Below are positions 1-10,335 of a DNA stretch of 64,000 nucleotides, in pieces. The DNA lies in assembly GCA_049510745.1 (NCBI GenBank), contig JBEKYR010000003.1:128001-192000 (forward strand), read 5' to 3'. Position 1 is the stretch's first letter. Each line of letters starts with the position of its first letter. Position numbers and translations under genes: made by a program. Under the pieces are notes generated by a model, which was given only the letters and a program-made list of their open reading frames with translations, was not told the origin of the DNA and ran no database searches. The stretch comes from Verrucomicrobiota bacterium (GTDB taxonomy: Bacteria > Verrucomicrobiota > Verrucomicrobiia > Limisphaerales > Palsa-1400).

Positions 1-122
1 ATCGCCCGCTGTCGGAGGAAATAAGGGACTCCAACAACGCGTTGGCGGCGCGAATTGTCAGCGCCCTCAAGAGAGACACCATGCCGGAACCGGTCCTTGA
101 GGCGTTCGCCAGCGGTCAATAG
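1..122 (+). CDS. 3' end of a gene running in from the left edge, probably MotA/TolQ/ExbB family
   Basis: Open frame from base 3 (RPLSEEIRDSNNALAARIVSALKRDTMPEPVLEAFASGQ) to TAG at 120-122, 14 bp before exbD. The product is inferred from position only. Confidence 0.4.
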   Translation, partial: RPLSEEIRDSNNALAARIVSALKRDTMPEPVLEAFASGQ

Positions 123-136
123 CGAAGGCGACGGCG

Positions 137-550
137 ATGAAAAAGTGCTCCCATTCGGCGCATCACACGCTGACTGAGCTGAACATCACTCCACTGCTGG
201 ACCTGGCTTTTGTTTTGTTGGTGATCTTCATCATCACGACCACGCCGATTGTCAATGACCTGGACTTGAGCCTGCCCACCGCCTCCAAACACGAGAAGGA
301 CCCGCCGCGCAAGGCCAACTACATCACCGTGCAGGCCGATGGAAAGCTGTGGCTCAACAAGGCGGCGATGGACCTTTCCGACCTGCACGAGAAACTGGTG
401 GGATTGCGCATCGACGATCCGGACCTGAGCGTGATTGTGTGCGGCGACGGCAAAGCCAAATACCGCCAAATCCGCGCCGTCCTGGACATTTGCCAGCAAG
501 CCAACGTCGTCAAAGTGGACCTGGCCACCGAGGCGGCGGACAAGAAGTAA
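137..550 (+). CDS. exbD: ExbD/TolR biopolymer transport protein
   Basis: ELNITPLLDLAFVLLVIFII transmembrane motif with the conserved Asp; C-terminal GDGKAKY..I..VLD periplasmic motif. Confidence 0.92.
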   Translation: MKKCSHSAHHTLTELNITPLLDLAFVLLVIFIITTTPIVNDLDLSLPTASKHEKDPPRKANYITVQADGKLWLNKAAMDLSDLHEKLVGLRIDDPDLSVIVCGDGKAKYRQIRAVLDICQQANVVKVDLATEAADKK

Positions 551-562
551 ACGGAGGCAGCC

Positions 563-1243
563 ATGGTCCCGCAAACGAAACAACGAAAACCGCGCAACTC
601 GTCGAAGGTCAACCTGCTGATCTCCCTGGCTTTTCACGGGGTGATTATCCTGGCGCTGGTCTTTTTTGCCGCGCGCCAGGGATTGCTGGGCAAGCAGATC
701 AAGAAGATCGCCGTCGAGATGGTCAGGGAGAAGCCGCCGCAAAAACCCAAGGAGCCGGAGAAGCCCAAGGAGGAACCGCCCAAGGTGGAGCCGCCCAAGC
801 TGGCCGAGACACCAAAGATCGAATCGCCCAGAGAAACGGCGCCCCCTCCGGCGTCGCTGGCGATGGCCGCTCCCCCGGCGATGGCGCCGGCTCCGGTCGA
901 TGTCAGTTCGTTCGTTTTCGAAGGGGGCAAGGCGGTGGAAACCAGTTCCGACCCCGTGCAACTTTACAAAGGTTCCCTGGAATACCTGCTGCGGTCCCGT
1001 TGGGATCGTCCGACGGATCTCGACGACCAGTCCTTCGTGGCGGAAGTGGAAGTCTCGGTCGATCACAGCGGGCAGATCGCCAACCCGGTCTGGAAGAAAG
1101 GTTCCGGTGACAAGCGCTGGGATGACTCCGTGCGCCAGGCTCTGGCCCGGACCAGGAGCGCAAGCCGGCCGCCGCCCGCCAATTTCCCGCCGCGCGTTCT
1201 GGTGCGTTTTGATGTCGTTGCGACCGAACCCATTGTGCAATAG
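563..1243 (+). CDS. TonB/TolA family energy transducer
   Basis: N-terminal TM helix with SxxxH (SLAFH), Pro/Lys/Glu-rich linker, and TonB_2-like C-terminal domain (KGSGDKRWDDSVRQAL). Confidence 0.85.
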   Translation: MVPQTKQRKPRNSSKVNLLISLAFHGVIILALVFFAARQGLLGKQIKKIAVEMVREKPPQKPKEPEKPKEEPPKVEPPKLAETPKIESPRETAPPPASLAMAAPPAMAPAPVDVSSFVFEGGKAVETSSDPVQLYKGSLEYLLRSRWDRPTDLDDQSFVAEVEVSVDHSGQIANPVWKKGSGDKRWDDSVRQALARTRSASRPPPANFPPRVLVRFDVVATEPIVQ

Positions 1244-1246
1244 ACC

Positions 1247-1660
1247 ATGAAGAAAACATCCCGGCGCGGGCACAGCACGTTGAGCGAGTTGAACATCACT
1301 CCGCTGCTGGACTTGGTGTTTGTGCTGCTGGTCATCTTCATCATCACCACCCCGCAAATGGTCAACAGCCTGGAGATGGCCCTCCCGTCGGGCAAACCGC
1401 CCCCGCAGAATCCCAACGAACCAAAGCCCAGGATCAACCGCATCCTGGTCGATGACAAGGGGAAGGTGTTCCTCAACGACGAAGCCGTTCCCGACGGCGC
1501 CCTCAAGAGCAGACTGCAAAGTTTGAAGGCGTCGGACCCGGACCCCAAGATCGTGGTCAAAGGCGCCGACGAAGTGGATTACCAGAACATGATCAAGGTG
1601 CTGGACGCGCTCCAGCAATTGGACATCACCAAAGTCGGGCTGGCGACCCAGGGGGGTTAA
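1247..1660 (+). CDS. exbD: ExbD/TolR protein, second copy
   Basis: ELNITPLLDLVFVLLVIFII motif and GADEVDYQNMIKVLD. Confidence 0.92.
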   Translation: MKKTSRRGHSTLSELNITPLLDLVFVLLVIFIITTPQMVNSLEMALPSGKPPPQNPNEPKPRINRILVDDKGKVFLNDEAVPDGALKSRLQSLKASDPDPKIVVKGADEVDYQNMIKVLDALQQLDITKVGLATQGG

Positions 1661-1677
1661 GAATTCGTTTTAAAAAC

Positions 1678-1705
1678 GTAACATTTCCGACGGCAATTTG
1701 TCACA
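1678..1705 (+). promoter_or_regulatory. Pho-box-like half-sites upstream of araC-tpsB
   Basis: GTAACA at 1678 and GTCACA at 1700, 22 bp apart (2 x 11). Confidence 0.3.
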
Positions 1706-1728
1706 GGGCGCTGCCATCCTCGCCACCG

Positions 1729-2595
1729 ATGAAGTCGAGACACCGTCTGCTTGAGCCACATTTGGTGGTTAAGGAGCTGACCCTTCCGAAGAGCGATGAA
1801 TGGATGCCCCGCTTCCGCGGCTGGTGTTTCCTCCAGATTATCAGCGGGGTAAGCTACTGGCAGCACCCCGATGGACCGCGGGAGATTCCCGCGGGAGCGT
1901 CGCTGCTCCTGACCAAAGACGCCGAGGGGGGCTTGCGCGCCAGCCAGTTGAGCGAAGTGGCCATCAGTTATTTTTGCGTGGAGCCGGAAAAACTGACCGG
2001 CCTCTTGAGCCTGAGCGAGCAGCGCTCGCTGACCCTGGCCGCTGCTCACGACCATGCCGACATTCGGGTGCTTCCTCCGGCCCACCCGATCTCGGAACGA
2101 TTCAAAAACCTCTGCCTCAACCGCACCGGCGCCAATGTCGCGCTCCGGTTGCAATTGCTGCAACTCTTTGTCGATCTATTCGGGAGCGAAATCGAGGAGA
2201 GTCCGGCCGATGCCATTCAAGAAATGGATGGCCGGGTGCGGCTGAGGCTCTTGCTCAATCAAATGCCGGCGTCGGAATTCGTGGAATTGTCGCTTTCGGA
2301 CCTCGAACCGAGGGTGCATTGCAGCGCGCGGCATCTGAGCCGGCTCTTCCGCCAGGAGATCGGCGCGTCATTTCGGGAAAAACAAACCGAACTGCGTCTG
2401 GCCAAAGCCTGCGAGTTGCTGGCCCATTCCAACGCCAAAATGGTGGAGGTGGCGCTGGCCAGCGGCTACCAGTCGAACAGCATTTTCAGCCAGTTGTTCA
2501 AAAAACAGTTCGGCGTCAGCCCCGGAAAATGGCGCCAGCAGCACGTCCACAGGAACCGGGAACAGCGGAGGTTTTTGCCGCGGTTGTCCCTATGA
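1729..2595 (+). CDS. AraC/XylS family transcriptional regulator
   Basis: C-terminal double HTH (SARHLSRLFRQEIG...EVALASGYQSNSIFSQLFKKQFGVSPGKWR) and a cupin-like N-terminus. Confidence 0.92.
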   Translation: MKSRHRLLEPHLVVKELTLPKSDEWMPRFRGWCFLQIISGVSYWQHPDGPREIPAGASLLLTKDAEGGLRASQLSEVAISYFCVEPEKLTGLLSLSEQRSLTLAAAHDHADIRVLPPAHPISERFKNLCLNRTGANVALRLQLLQLFVDLFGSEIEESPADAIQEMDGRVRLRLLLNQMPASEFVELSLSDLEPRVHCSARHLSRLFRQEIGASFREKQTELRLAKACELLAHSNAKMVEVALASGYQSNSIFSQLFKKQFGVSPGKWRQQHVHRNREQRRFLPRLSL

Positions 2596-4463
2596 TCTTG
2601 AGCCAACGGAGGAAAGCCGGGTGGTGGGTTCTCCTGGTCTGCCTGAAGTGGGGCCTGGCCGCGGCGCTGGCCGCCCCTCCCGCCGCGCCCGACGCCGCGA
2701 CCAACGCCGCGCCCCACTTTCTGGTGCAGGAATATGAAGTCACGGGCAACAGCCTGCTCCCGGAGCAAACTGTCAAAGACATACTCTCCCGGCACACCGG
2801 CACGAACGTCACTTTCGCGGACGTGGCCGGCGCCGTCAAGGAACTCCAGATGGAGTACCACAACCGCGGCTACGACACCATCAGCGTCACCATCCCCCAG
2901 CAACGACTGACCAACGGCGTCTTCAAGATTCGCGTTTTTGAAGGGCGCCTGGCCGAAATCGTGGTGACCGGCAATCGTTTCTACAGTTCCAACAACGTGG
3001 TGCGGGCCTTGCCCGGCTTGAAGACGAACGTCTTTTTGAACAGCAAATTGTTCCAGGCCGAGTTGGACCGGGCCAACGCCAATCAGGACCGGCAAATCTA
3101 TCCGGAAATCCATCCGGGGCCGGAGACGAACACGACCTCGCTGTTTCTGAGGGTCAAGGACCGCCTGCCGCTCCACGCCAAGATCGAGGCCAACAACCAA
3201 AGCTCCCCGGGCACGCCCGAAATGCGGTTGAACAGCTCTGTCGTCTATAACAATCTGTGGCAGGAAAACCATTCCATGGGCGTCCAATACTCCTTTTCGG
3301 AGGAGGATTTCAAGGACGGGAACCAATGGAATTTTTATGACCGGCCGCTGGTCGCCAATTACAGCGCCTTCTATCGCCTGCCTTTGGCGGCGCCGCAAGC
3401 GATGGCGGACACCGTCGCCAGCCATCCGGGGAGTTTTGGCTACAACGAGGCCACGAGAAAATTTGAATTGCCGCCCGCCTCGGAAGCGCCCGAATTGAAC
3501 ATCTATGCCAGCCGCTCCACCATTGACACAGGCGTGCTGACGGGAGACCGCAAGACCCTGGGCACTTTCCCCAGCGGCACCATTGAAGAGGACACCGATC
3601 ACCAGGATTTGACTTTCAATGAGGGCCTCGGTTTTCGTCTCTCCGAACCGCTGCCGGACGTGTCCGGCTTCCGGTCGCGCCTCCAGGCCGGCCTGGACTT
3701 CAAGGTCTATCGACTGGAGAGCTTTGAGACGAACAATTTCATTTTCACCCAGTATCTTTTGGACACTTCCGGCAACCCCTTCACGCGGGTGAGTGTGACC
3801 CCTTCCCCGGTCCCCGCCACGATCAAATCGCTTTCCTACCTGCCGCTGAACCTCCGCTGGGACGCGCGCCGTCAAGACGAACATGGCGCGACGGATTTCG
3901 GTTTCGGTTACAGCCCCAACGTCTGGTTTTCCCATGGCCGGACCAATGTCGAAAACGTGGCGGGCTCCGCCCAAGCCTCCGGCTACTGGCAGATTTTGAC
4001 CGCCAGCCTGGCCCGCGAGCAGACCTTCCCCCGGGATTGGAAGCTGGCCTTGCGGGCCGACGGCCAATGGGCCAGCGAGCCGTTAATCAGCAACGAACAA
4101 TTTGGCGTGGGCGGCGTCGGCGGCGTGAGAGGTTATCGGGAGGGCGAAGTGCTCGGCGACAGGGGCTGGCGGGTCACCTCCGAGTTGAAAACGCCCCCGT
4201 ACCGCATCGGGTATGTGGGGGCGGGAACCGACAGGCCGTTGCTGGTGCGCGCTTCGGTCTTCATGGATTATGCGGGGACCTATCTTGTGGACCCGAATCG
4301 CATCCCGGGCCGAACCTCGTTGTGGGGCACGGGCATTGGCGGCGCCGCCTCCCTCGGTTCCGATTGGGACGCGCGCTTGTTATTCGCCTGGCCGCTCAAA
4401 ACAGCCGGGAGTTCGGAGGCCGATCAACTGCGCGTGGCTTTTTCCCTCAGCGCGCAGTTTTGA
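2592..4463 (+). CDS. Two-partner secretion transporter TpsB (ShlB/FhaC/HecB family)
   Basis: ATG at 2592 overlaps the araC stop (ATGA). Signal peptide, POTRA-type segment (YEVTGNSLL...YHNRGY...IPQQRL..GVFKIRVFEG), VRGY motif, FMDYAG and terminal Phe. Confidence 0.9.
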   Translation: MILSQRRKAGWWVLLVCLKWGLAAALAAPPAAPDAATNAAPHFLVQEYEVTGNSLLPEQTVKDILSRHTGTNVTFADVAGAVKELQMEYHNRGYDTISVTIPQQRLTNGVFKIRVFEGRLAEIVVTGNRFYSSNNVVRALPGLKTNVFLNSKLFQAELDRANANQDRQIYPEIHPGPETNTTSLFLRVKDRLPLHAKIEANNQSSPGTPEMRLNSSVVYNNLWQENHSMGVQYSFSEEDFKDGNQWNFYDRPLVANYSAFYRLPLAAPQAMADTVASHPGSFGYNEATRKFELPPASEAPELNIYASRSTIDTGVLTGDRKTLGTFPSGTIEEDTDHQDLTFNEGLGFRLSEPLPDVSGFRSRLQAGLDFKVYRLESFETNNFIFTQYLLDTSGNPFTRVSVTPSPVPATIKSLSYLPLNLRWDARRQDEHGATDFGFGYSPNVWFSHGRTNVENVAGSAQASGYWQILTASLAREQTFPRDWKLALRADGQWASEPLISNEQFGVGGVGGVRGYREGEVLGDRGWRVTSELKTPPYRIGYVGAGTDRPLLVRASVFMDYAGTYLVDPNRIPGRTSLWGTGIGGAASLGSDWDARLLFAWPLKTAGSSEADQLRVAFSLSAQF

Positions 4464-4488
4464 GGCATCACCACAGGACGCGGCATTT

Positions 4489-4734
4489 TCACTGAGATTT
4501 GTCTGGCAGACTTTGAAGCAAACGTTGCGCGGGTTGGAAGTTTGGCTCAATCCTGAGCGATTGGTTTGCTGCTGCTCGCGCTTCTTCGTAATGTTTTGCG
4601 CGAAACAAAATATCGGCCTGCGCATACGGAATCCGCGGGTCTTTCGGAGCCAAAGCCGACGCGCGATCCAACGCCGCCAGGGAGTCATCGATCTGGCCGG
4701 CGCGGCCGGAGTAGGCGTATTTCCCCGGCTTCCT
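4489..4734 (-). pseudogene. Truncated C-terminal fragment of a TPR protein
   Basis: The frame reads AYSGRAGQIDDSLAALDRASALAPKDPRIPYAQADILFRAKHYEEARAAANQSLRIEPNF (TPR-like helices). It is closed upstream by an in-frame TAG at about 4735-4737 and has no ATG. Confidence 0.5.
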
Positions 4735-4953
4735 CTAAAGCTATGGGACACCACACGCACCGAAGCAGGCCAATGCCAATCCAAAAAGCAAACTCGAAAA
4801 AACCAAAATCTCATTTCACGCCGAACGCCAATGAAACCCGTGCAAATCAACGGGGCAGCGCAAAACTTTTCCCGTTATGGGACGGGTGTGATGATTTTTG
4901 TTTTCCTAGTTTTCAGGTTCGTTTTTGTTTATTATTGACTCGATGGGGTCAGG

Positions 4954-5841
<888 letters not shown>

Positions 5842-6000
5842 TTTAAAGCAATACAGAACCATAATATAACATACATACAGACGCAAGAAAAAGATGCAGG
5901 ATATTCGATTTTTCGATTTTCTTCGATCTCTGTAATCTGCGCCGTCAATCAGGCAAAGCGACGGGATGCGGCCGAAGCCGGCGTGCAAAGCGCCCCCGTC

Positions 6001-6017
6001 GTCACACGAATTTAACA
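6001..6017 (+). promoter_or_regulatory. Pho-box-like direct repeat upstream of tpsA
   Basis: GTCACA-cgaat-TTAACA, an 11-bp period. Confidence 0.4.
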
Positions 6018-6075
6018 TTCAATTGCTTTTCCTGAGTTTTTGTCCCGCTAACCTGAACTTGAAATCGAATCGGAT

Positions 6076-9000
6076 ATGAAACCCAAGTCTTCAGGCGCGG
6101 CGGCATGGCTGGCCGCCGGCATGGCCCTCCTGGCGCCGCTCTTCACCGCAGCCAACCCGACGCAAGGCGTGGTCACGCAGGGGAGCGCGGTGATTACCAC
6201 CCAGGGGCCTGCCTTGAAGATTCAGACTTCCGGCAATGCCAGCATCAATTGGGCGACCTTTAACATCGGCGCCGGTCAATCGACCGTGTTCGTGCAGCCT
6301 TCCGCCTCGTCGGTGGTCTGGAATCATATCAATGACCCCAATCCGTCGCAGATTCTGGGGCATCTGGATGCCAACGGCTATGTGGTTCTGCAAAATCAAT
6401 CGGGCTTTTACGTCGGCGGCAACGCTGTCATCAATGCCGCCGGTTTGATTATGACCACCACGCCGGTCGTGCCGCCGGACATTTCCAGCGGGAGCGCGTG
6501 GCAATTCAACGCGCCGCCGCCCGCCGCCCGCATTATCAATTATGGCCAGATTAGCGCCGGGGCCTCCGGGCCGGTCTTTCTCATTGCGCACGATGTCGAA
6601 AACCACGGCTCGATCACGGCGCCGGGCGGGCAGATCGGGCTTTATGCGGGCAAAGAGGTGTTGGTGTCGAGCCGTCCGGATGGGCGCGGCTTAAGCGCCA
6701 CGGTCAGTCTGCCGGAAGGTTCGGTGAATAATTCGGGGAGTCTGATCGCGGACGCCGGCACCATCGCCCTGCACGCGCAAGTGGTCAATCAAGGCGGCCT
6801 GATTCAAGCCAACTCCGTCCGTGAGCAGAACGGCGTCATCGAAGTGGTGGCCGGCGATTCCTTGACGCTGGGCGCGTCCTCAGTGATTGACGCGAAGGGG
6901 GATTCCACGGGGATGAGTCCAGGCGGGAACGTCACCATCCAATCCGGAAATCAATTCAGCGACACCCCGACTTCCACGATCAATGTCTCCGGTGGCGTCG
7001 AGGGCGGCAATGGCGGCCAGGTTCACATTTCCGCCATCCAGATGGACGCCATCCAATCCCAAATCAACGGCCAGGCGGCCGCCGGTTGGAAGGGGGGCAA
7101 TCTCCTGATCGATCCAGTCAACATCACCTTGAGCTACACCGGCGCCAGCGCCACTTCGGGAACCGTCAACGAAGGCGATTCGCCCAACAGCCTGATATTA
7201 AACGTGAATTCCTTCAGCAGTTTTTCCCAGATTCTGCTCCAGGCTTCCCAGAATATCACGTTGAACACGACCTGGAATCTGGCGGACAGCGCCAATCCCG
7301 CCAGCCTGACATTGCAGGCGGGAAACAACATCACGCTGAACCAAAGCATTATTGCGGGCCAGAACTGGGACGTGAATCTGATTGCCGGCGCTGATTTTAA
7401 GACGCCCACCAGTGTCGTTTCGGGCACAGGCCAGGTCGTTTTGACCAAGACCGCCTACGTGCAAACGCAGAACGGCACCCTCGATGTGACGGCGGGAAAC
7501 AGCGTCTCGGTTGGCACCGGCGCCATCCGCACCGTCGGCGGCGGCAGCGTTGATGTCACGGCGGTGTCCGGAAACGTCAACACGGGACAGAACCAAAACG
7601 GCTATATTTTCAGGAATACCGGGTACACCATTTCCGGCAACTTGGGGGGTATCAGCACTTCCGCCGGGGGCGACGTCACCATCACCGCCGGGGGGAATGT
7701 GACCAGCTTTCTGCCCACGGCGACCAGCTCCAGCCCGACCGATGCCGGCTCCGGCGCCTTTGGGCCGGAGCCAGGAGTGGTGACGGTGACGGCCGGGGGC
7801 AACGTCTATGGAAATTTCGTGGCCGCCAACAGCGAACGCAATGGAACGGTTGTGGCCAGCACCATCACCGCTCAAAACGGGAACGCGGGCGCCGCCGGAA
7901 ACCTTCTGGCCCTGAACCTGATCATAGGCGGCTGGCAGGTCAACGCGCCCAACGGCAGCATTTATCTACAGGAAGTGCGCAATCCCAACGGGATGTTCAA
8001 CGGCGCGACCGGCGGGACCGGCGCGTGGAAACACTTCTTCGATTATGATCCAAACTCGTTCGTGGACCTCGACGCCGGCAACGCCGTTTTCCTGGAAGGA
8101 ACACTGCTGCCGCGCTACACCAGCGACGCCGTTCCGGTCATTTATCCGCCGACCCTGACCATCAATGCCGGGGCGGGCGGCGTGACGCTGGGCAACAATC
8201 TGACCTTGTTTCCCTCGGCTTCGGGGGAATTGAACATCACCACCACGGGCGGCGGATCACTGGAAGGAGGGAACTTTACGCTGGCGATGTCGGACAGCAG
8301 CGCCACGAGTTGGACGAGCGCGGGCAATTTCGCCACCGACCACGCCGCCCACCCGGTGCAATTGAACAACCCCCAGCCGGTCGTGTTCAACATCTCCGGC
8401 AACCTTGATGATCTGACCATTATCACGCCGAAAGAGACGCAAATCACCGTGCAGGGGAACATGAACAACACCAGTTTTTCCGGACAGAACCTTCATGCGG
8501 GCGACACGACGTTCATTAATGTGGCCGGAAAAATCTTCAACCAAAATGTTTATTCGTTCGTCACCCTCGACGCGCCCCTGACTCTGCCTCCGCCGCTCTA
8601 TCCCAGCTCCAAGCCCGATTACCTCCAGATTCTGGAAAACGCCGTCGTTCCCGGCTCCGGGCCGAATTCGACGGCCGGCGGAGCTTTGTTTCCCACCTTG
8701 AGTTTCTTCTACCTGCCGGCCACCCACCAGATCGGTTACTACGGGCAGATGGACCAGGCCACGGAACAGTTGTTATTGGGCACCCTGCACGAAAAAACGT
8801 TCTATCCCAATGGAAAACCCATTCTGGACGCCAACGGCAACTATGTCACCAAGCCGGTGACTTTTAACGTGGGCGCCTCGGAAATAACGGCGCTCTACGC
8901 GGCCAGCCAGAGTTCGGCTCCCCCGAGCAGCGCGCCTTTGGGTTACTTGATCGGCGGGCCTGGCCAGTTCGACATCACGGCGCAGTCGTTGGATCTGGGT

Positions 9001-10113
9001 GTGACGGGCGGCATCATTTCAGAGGGTCCGGCGATCAATCACGCCTTGGCCCGCCTCGCAAAAACGGGCGCCGCCATCAATATCAATGTGAAGGGCGACC
9101 TGGATTTGTTCGCCTCGCAAATCAGTTCCTATTACGGCGGCGCCATCGACATCCATGCCGGGGGAACGATTAACGCGGGCCTCCAGAATCTGCCCTTCTC
9201 CAAGGCCTTTGTTCCGCACGGCATCTGGACTTCCGGCCACAGCGACGTGACCGTGATCGCGCAAGGAAACATTAACGTGGCCGGCGCCCGCATCGCCGCC
9301 TTCGACGGGGGCAACATCTTTGTCGAGTCGCTGACAGGCAACGTCGATGCGGGCAGCGGGAACTTCGCCCAGGTCGGGGTCAATGAAGTGATCGTCAATC
9401 CCAAGACCGGCGCGGTTTCCACCCTGCAGCAACCCATTGCCGGCAGCGGAATCCTGGCCACGACCCTGCCGAACGCTCCCCGCGGCATGGAGGTCGGCAA
9501 CATTACAGTGCTGACCCCGCAGGGCGACATTGATGCGAACCTCGGAGGCATCGCCCAGGAACCGTTGAATGGCAACAGTTCCCTCGCCCCCACCGTGACG
9601 CTCGTTGCCGGCACGAGAAACAGCGACGGCACCGTGGCGCATCCGGGCAACATCAATGCCAGCGACTCGGGCGTCATCGGCGTAAACACTATTTTAAACG
9701 CCGCCGGCAACATTTCCGGGTTGGTCATCGCGCAGGGAAATTCCACGATCAACGCCGCCGCCAACGTCAGCGGCACGTTCCTGGCCGGCGGCACCTCCAG
9801 TTTCAGCGCGGTCGGCACGATCACCGGGATCGCCATCGCCGGCAACGCCATCAGTGTTTCCAGCGGCAAGTTTGAGGGTGTCGCGCTCTCGCAAAATGTC
9901 TCGGGCGGGGGAGCGCAAACGGCTCTGCCCACCGCCGCCACCGCCACAGCCGCCAGTCAAACCGCCGCCGCCGAGACGACGGACTCCCAAAAGGCCAAAA
10001 CGTCGGACGCGCCGGTCTCCGCGGACGACGACCTGGCGAAGCGCGCGGGCCGGCAGCCATTGCTGGCCAAATACACCGGCCGGGTGACCGTCGTGCTGCC
10101 CACGCGCCAATAA
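6076..10113 (+). CDS. Filamentous haemagglutinin-family TpsA exoprotein, probable DUF3739-type C-terminus
   Basis: Signal peptide, TPS domain (INWATFNIGAGQSTVFVQPSASSVVWNHINDPNPSQILG), and G/N/T-rich beta-helix repeats. Late GSGILATT...GNITVLTPQGDIDA segment. Confidence 0.88.
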   Translation: MKPKSSGAAAWLAAGMALLAPLFTAANPTQGVVTQGSAVITTQGPALKIQTSGNASINWATFNIGAGQSTVFVQPSASSVVWNHINDPNPSQILGHLDANGYVVLQNQSGFYVGGNAVINAAGLIMTTTPVVPPDISSGSAWQFNAPPPAARIINYGQISAGASGPVFLIAHDVENHGSITAPGGQIGLYAGKEVLVSSRPDGRGLSATVSLPEGSVNNSGSLIADAGTIALHAQVVNQGGLIQANSVREQNGVIEVVAGDSLTLGASSVIDAKGDSTGMSPGGNVTIQSGNQFSDTPTSTINVSGGVEGGNGGQVHISAIQMDAIQSQINGQAAAGWKGGNLLIDPVNITLSYTGASATSGTVNEGDSPNSLILNVNSFSSFSQILLQASQNITLNTTWNLADSANPASLTLQAGNNITLNQSIIAGQNWDVNLIAGADFKTPTSVVSGTGQVVLTKTAYVQTQNGTLDVTAGNSVSVGTGAIRTVGGGSVDVTAVSGNVNTGQNQNGYIFRNTGYTISGNLGGISTSAGGDVTITAGGNVTSFLPTATSSSPTDAGSGAFGPEPGVVTVTAGGNVYGNFVAANSERNGTVVASTITAQNGNAGAAGNLLALNLIIGGWQVNAPNGSIYLQEVRNPNGMFNGATGGTGAWKHFFDYDPNSFVDLDAGNAVFLEGTLLPRYTSDAVPVIYPPTLTINAGAGGVTLGNNLTLFPSASGELNITTTGGGSLEGGNFTLAMSDSSATSWTSAGNFATDHAAHPVQLNNPQPVVFNISGNLDDLTIITPKETQITVQGNMNNTSFSGQNLHAGDTTFINVAGKIFNQNVYSFVTLDAPLTLPPPLYPSSKPDYLQILENAVVPGSGPNSTAGGALFPTLSFFYLPATHQIGYYGQMDQATEQLLLGTLHEKTFYPNGKPILDANGNYVTKPVTFNVGASEITALYAASQSSAPPSSAPLGYLIGGPGQFDITAQSLDLGVTGGIISEGPAINHALARLAKTGAAININVKGDLDLFASQISSYYGGAIDIHAGGTINAGLQNLPFSKAFVPHGIWTSGHSDVTVIAQGNINVAGARIAAFDGGNIFVESLTGNVDAGSGNFAQVGVNEVIVNPKTGAVSTLQQPIAGSGILATTLPNAPRGMEVGNITVLTPQGDIDANLGGIAQEPLNGNSSLAPTVTLVAGTRNSDGTVAHPGNINASDSGVIGVNTILNAAGNISGLVIAQGNSTINAAANVSGTFLAGGTSSFSAVGTITGIAIAGNAISVSSGKFEGVALSQNVSGGGAQTALPTAATATAASQTAAAETTDSQKAKTSDAPVSADDDLAKRAGRQPLLAKYTGRVTVVLPTRQ

Positions 10114-10335
10114 ACGGTCTTCGACTATTTGAAAGACGCGACGGGTGTTGACCGCGGGGAGCGGGGGTATTTAATCTGGTTGAACGATGGCCCGGCCCAT
10201 TCGCATCCGATCATGCGGGAACGGTGACGGCGCTGTTCCGGCGTGGCAGGTTACGAGGCAGAAGGGCGGAGCGCGCAGCGTGCCCGATGCGAGTTTAATG
10301 CCCGGCGTTGAAGCCGGCTGGTCCCGTCAATTTTC

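Noticed and set aside
116..1618. 500-aa minus-strand ORF, and similar long antisense ORFs (2466-4067, 18324-20585, 35512-37197, 52547-54946)
   Set aside because: They are shadows of well-supported plus-strand genes in GC-rich DNA and show no family motifs.
1800..2591. N-terminal extension of the 887-aa TpsB ORF
   Set aside because: It overlaps araC out of frame; a signal peptide begins at ATG 2592.
4830..4890. Resemblance to a c-di-GMP-I riboswitch (AAACCCGT...ACGGGG...GCGCAAAAC)
   Set aside because: The second-hairpin consensus is missing, and the site is not a 5' leader in that orientation.
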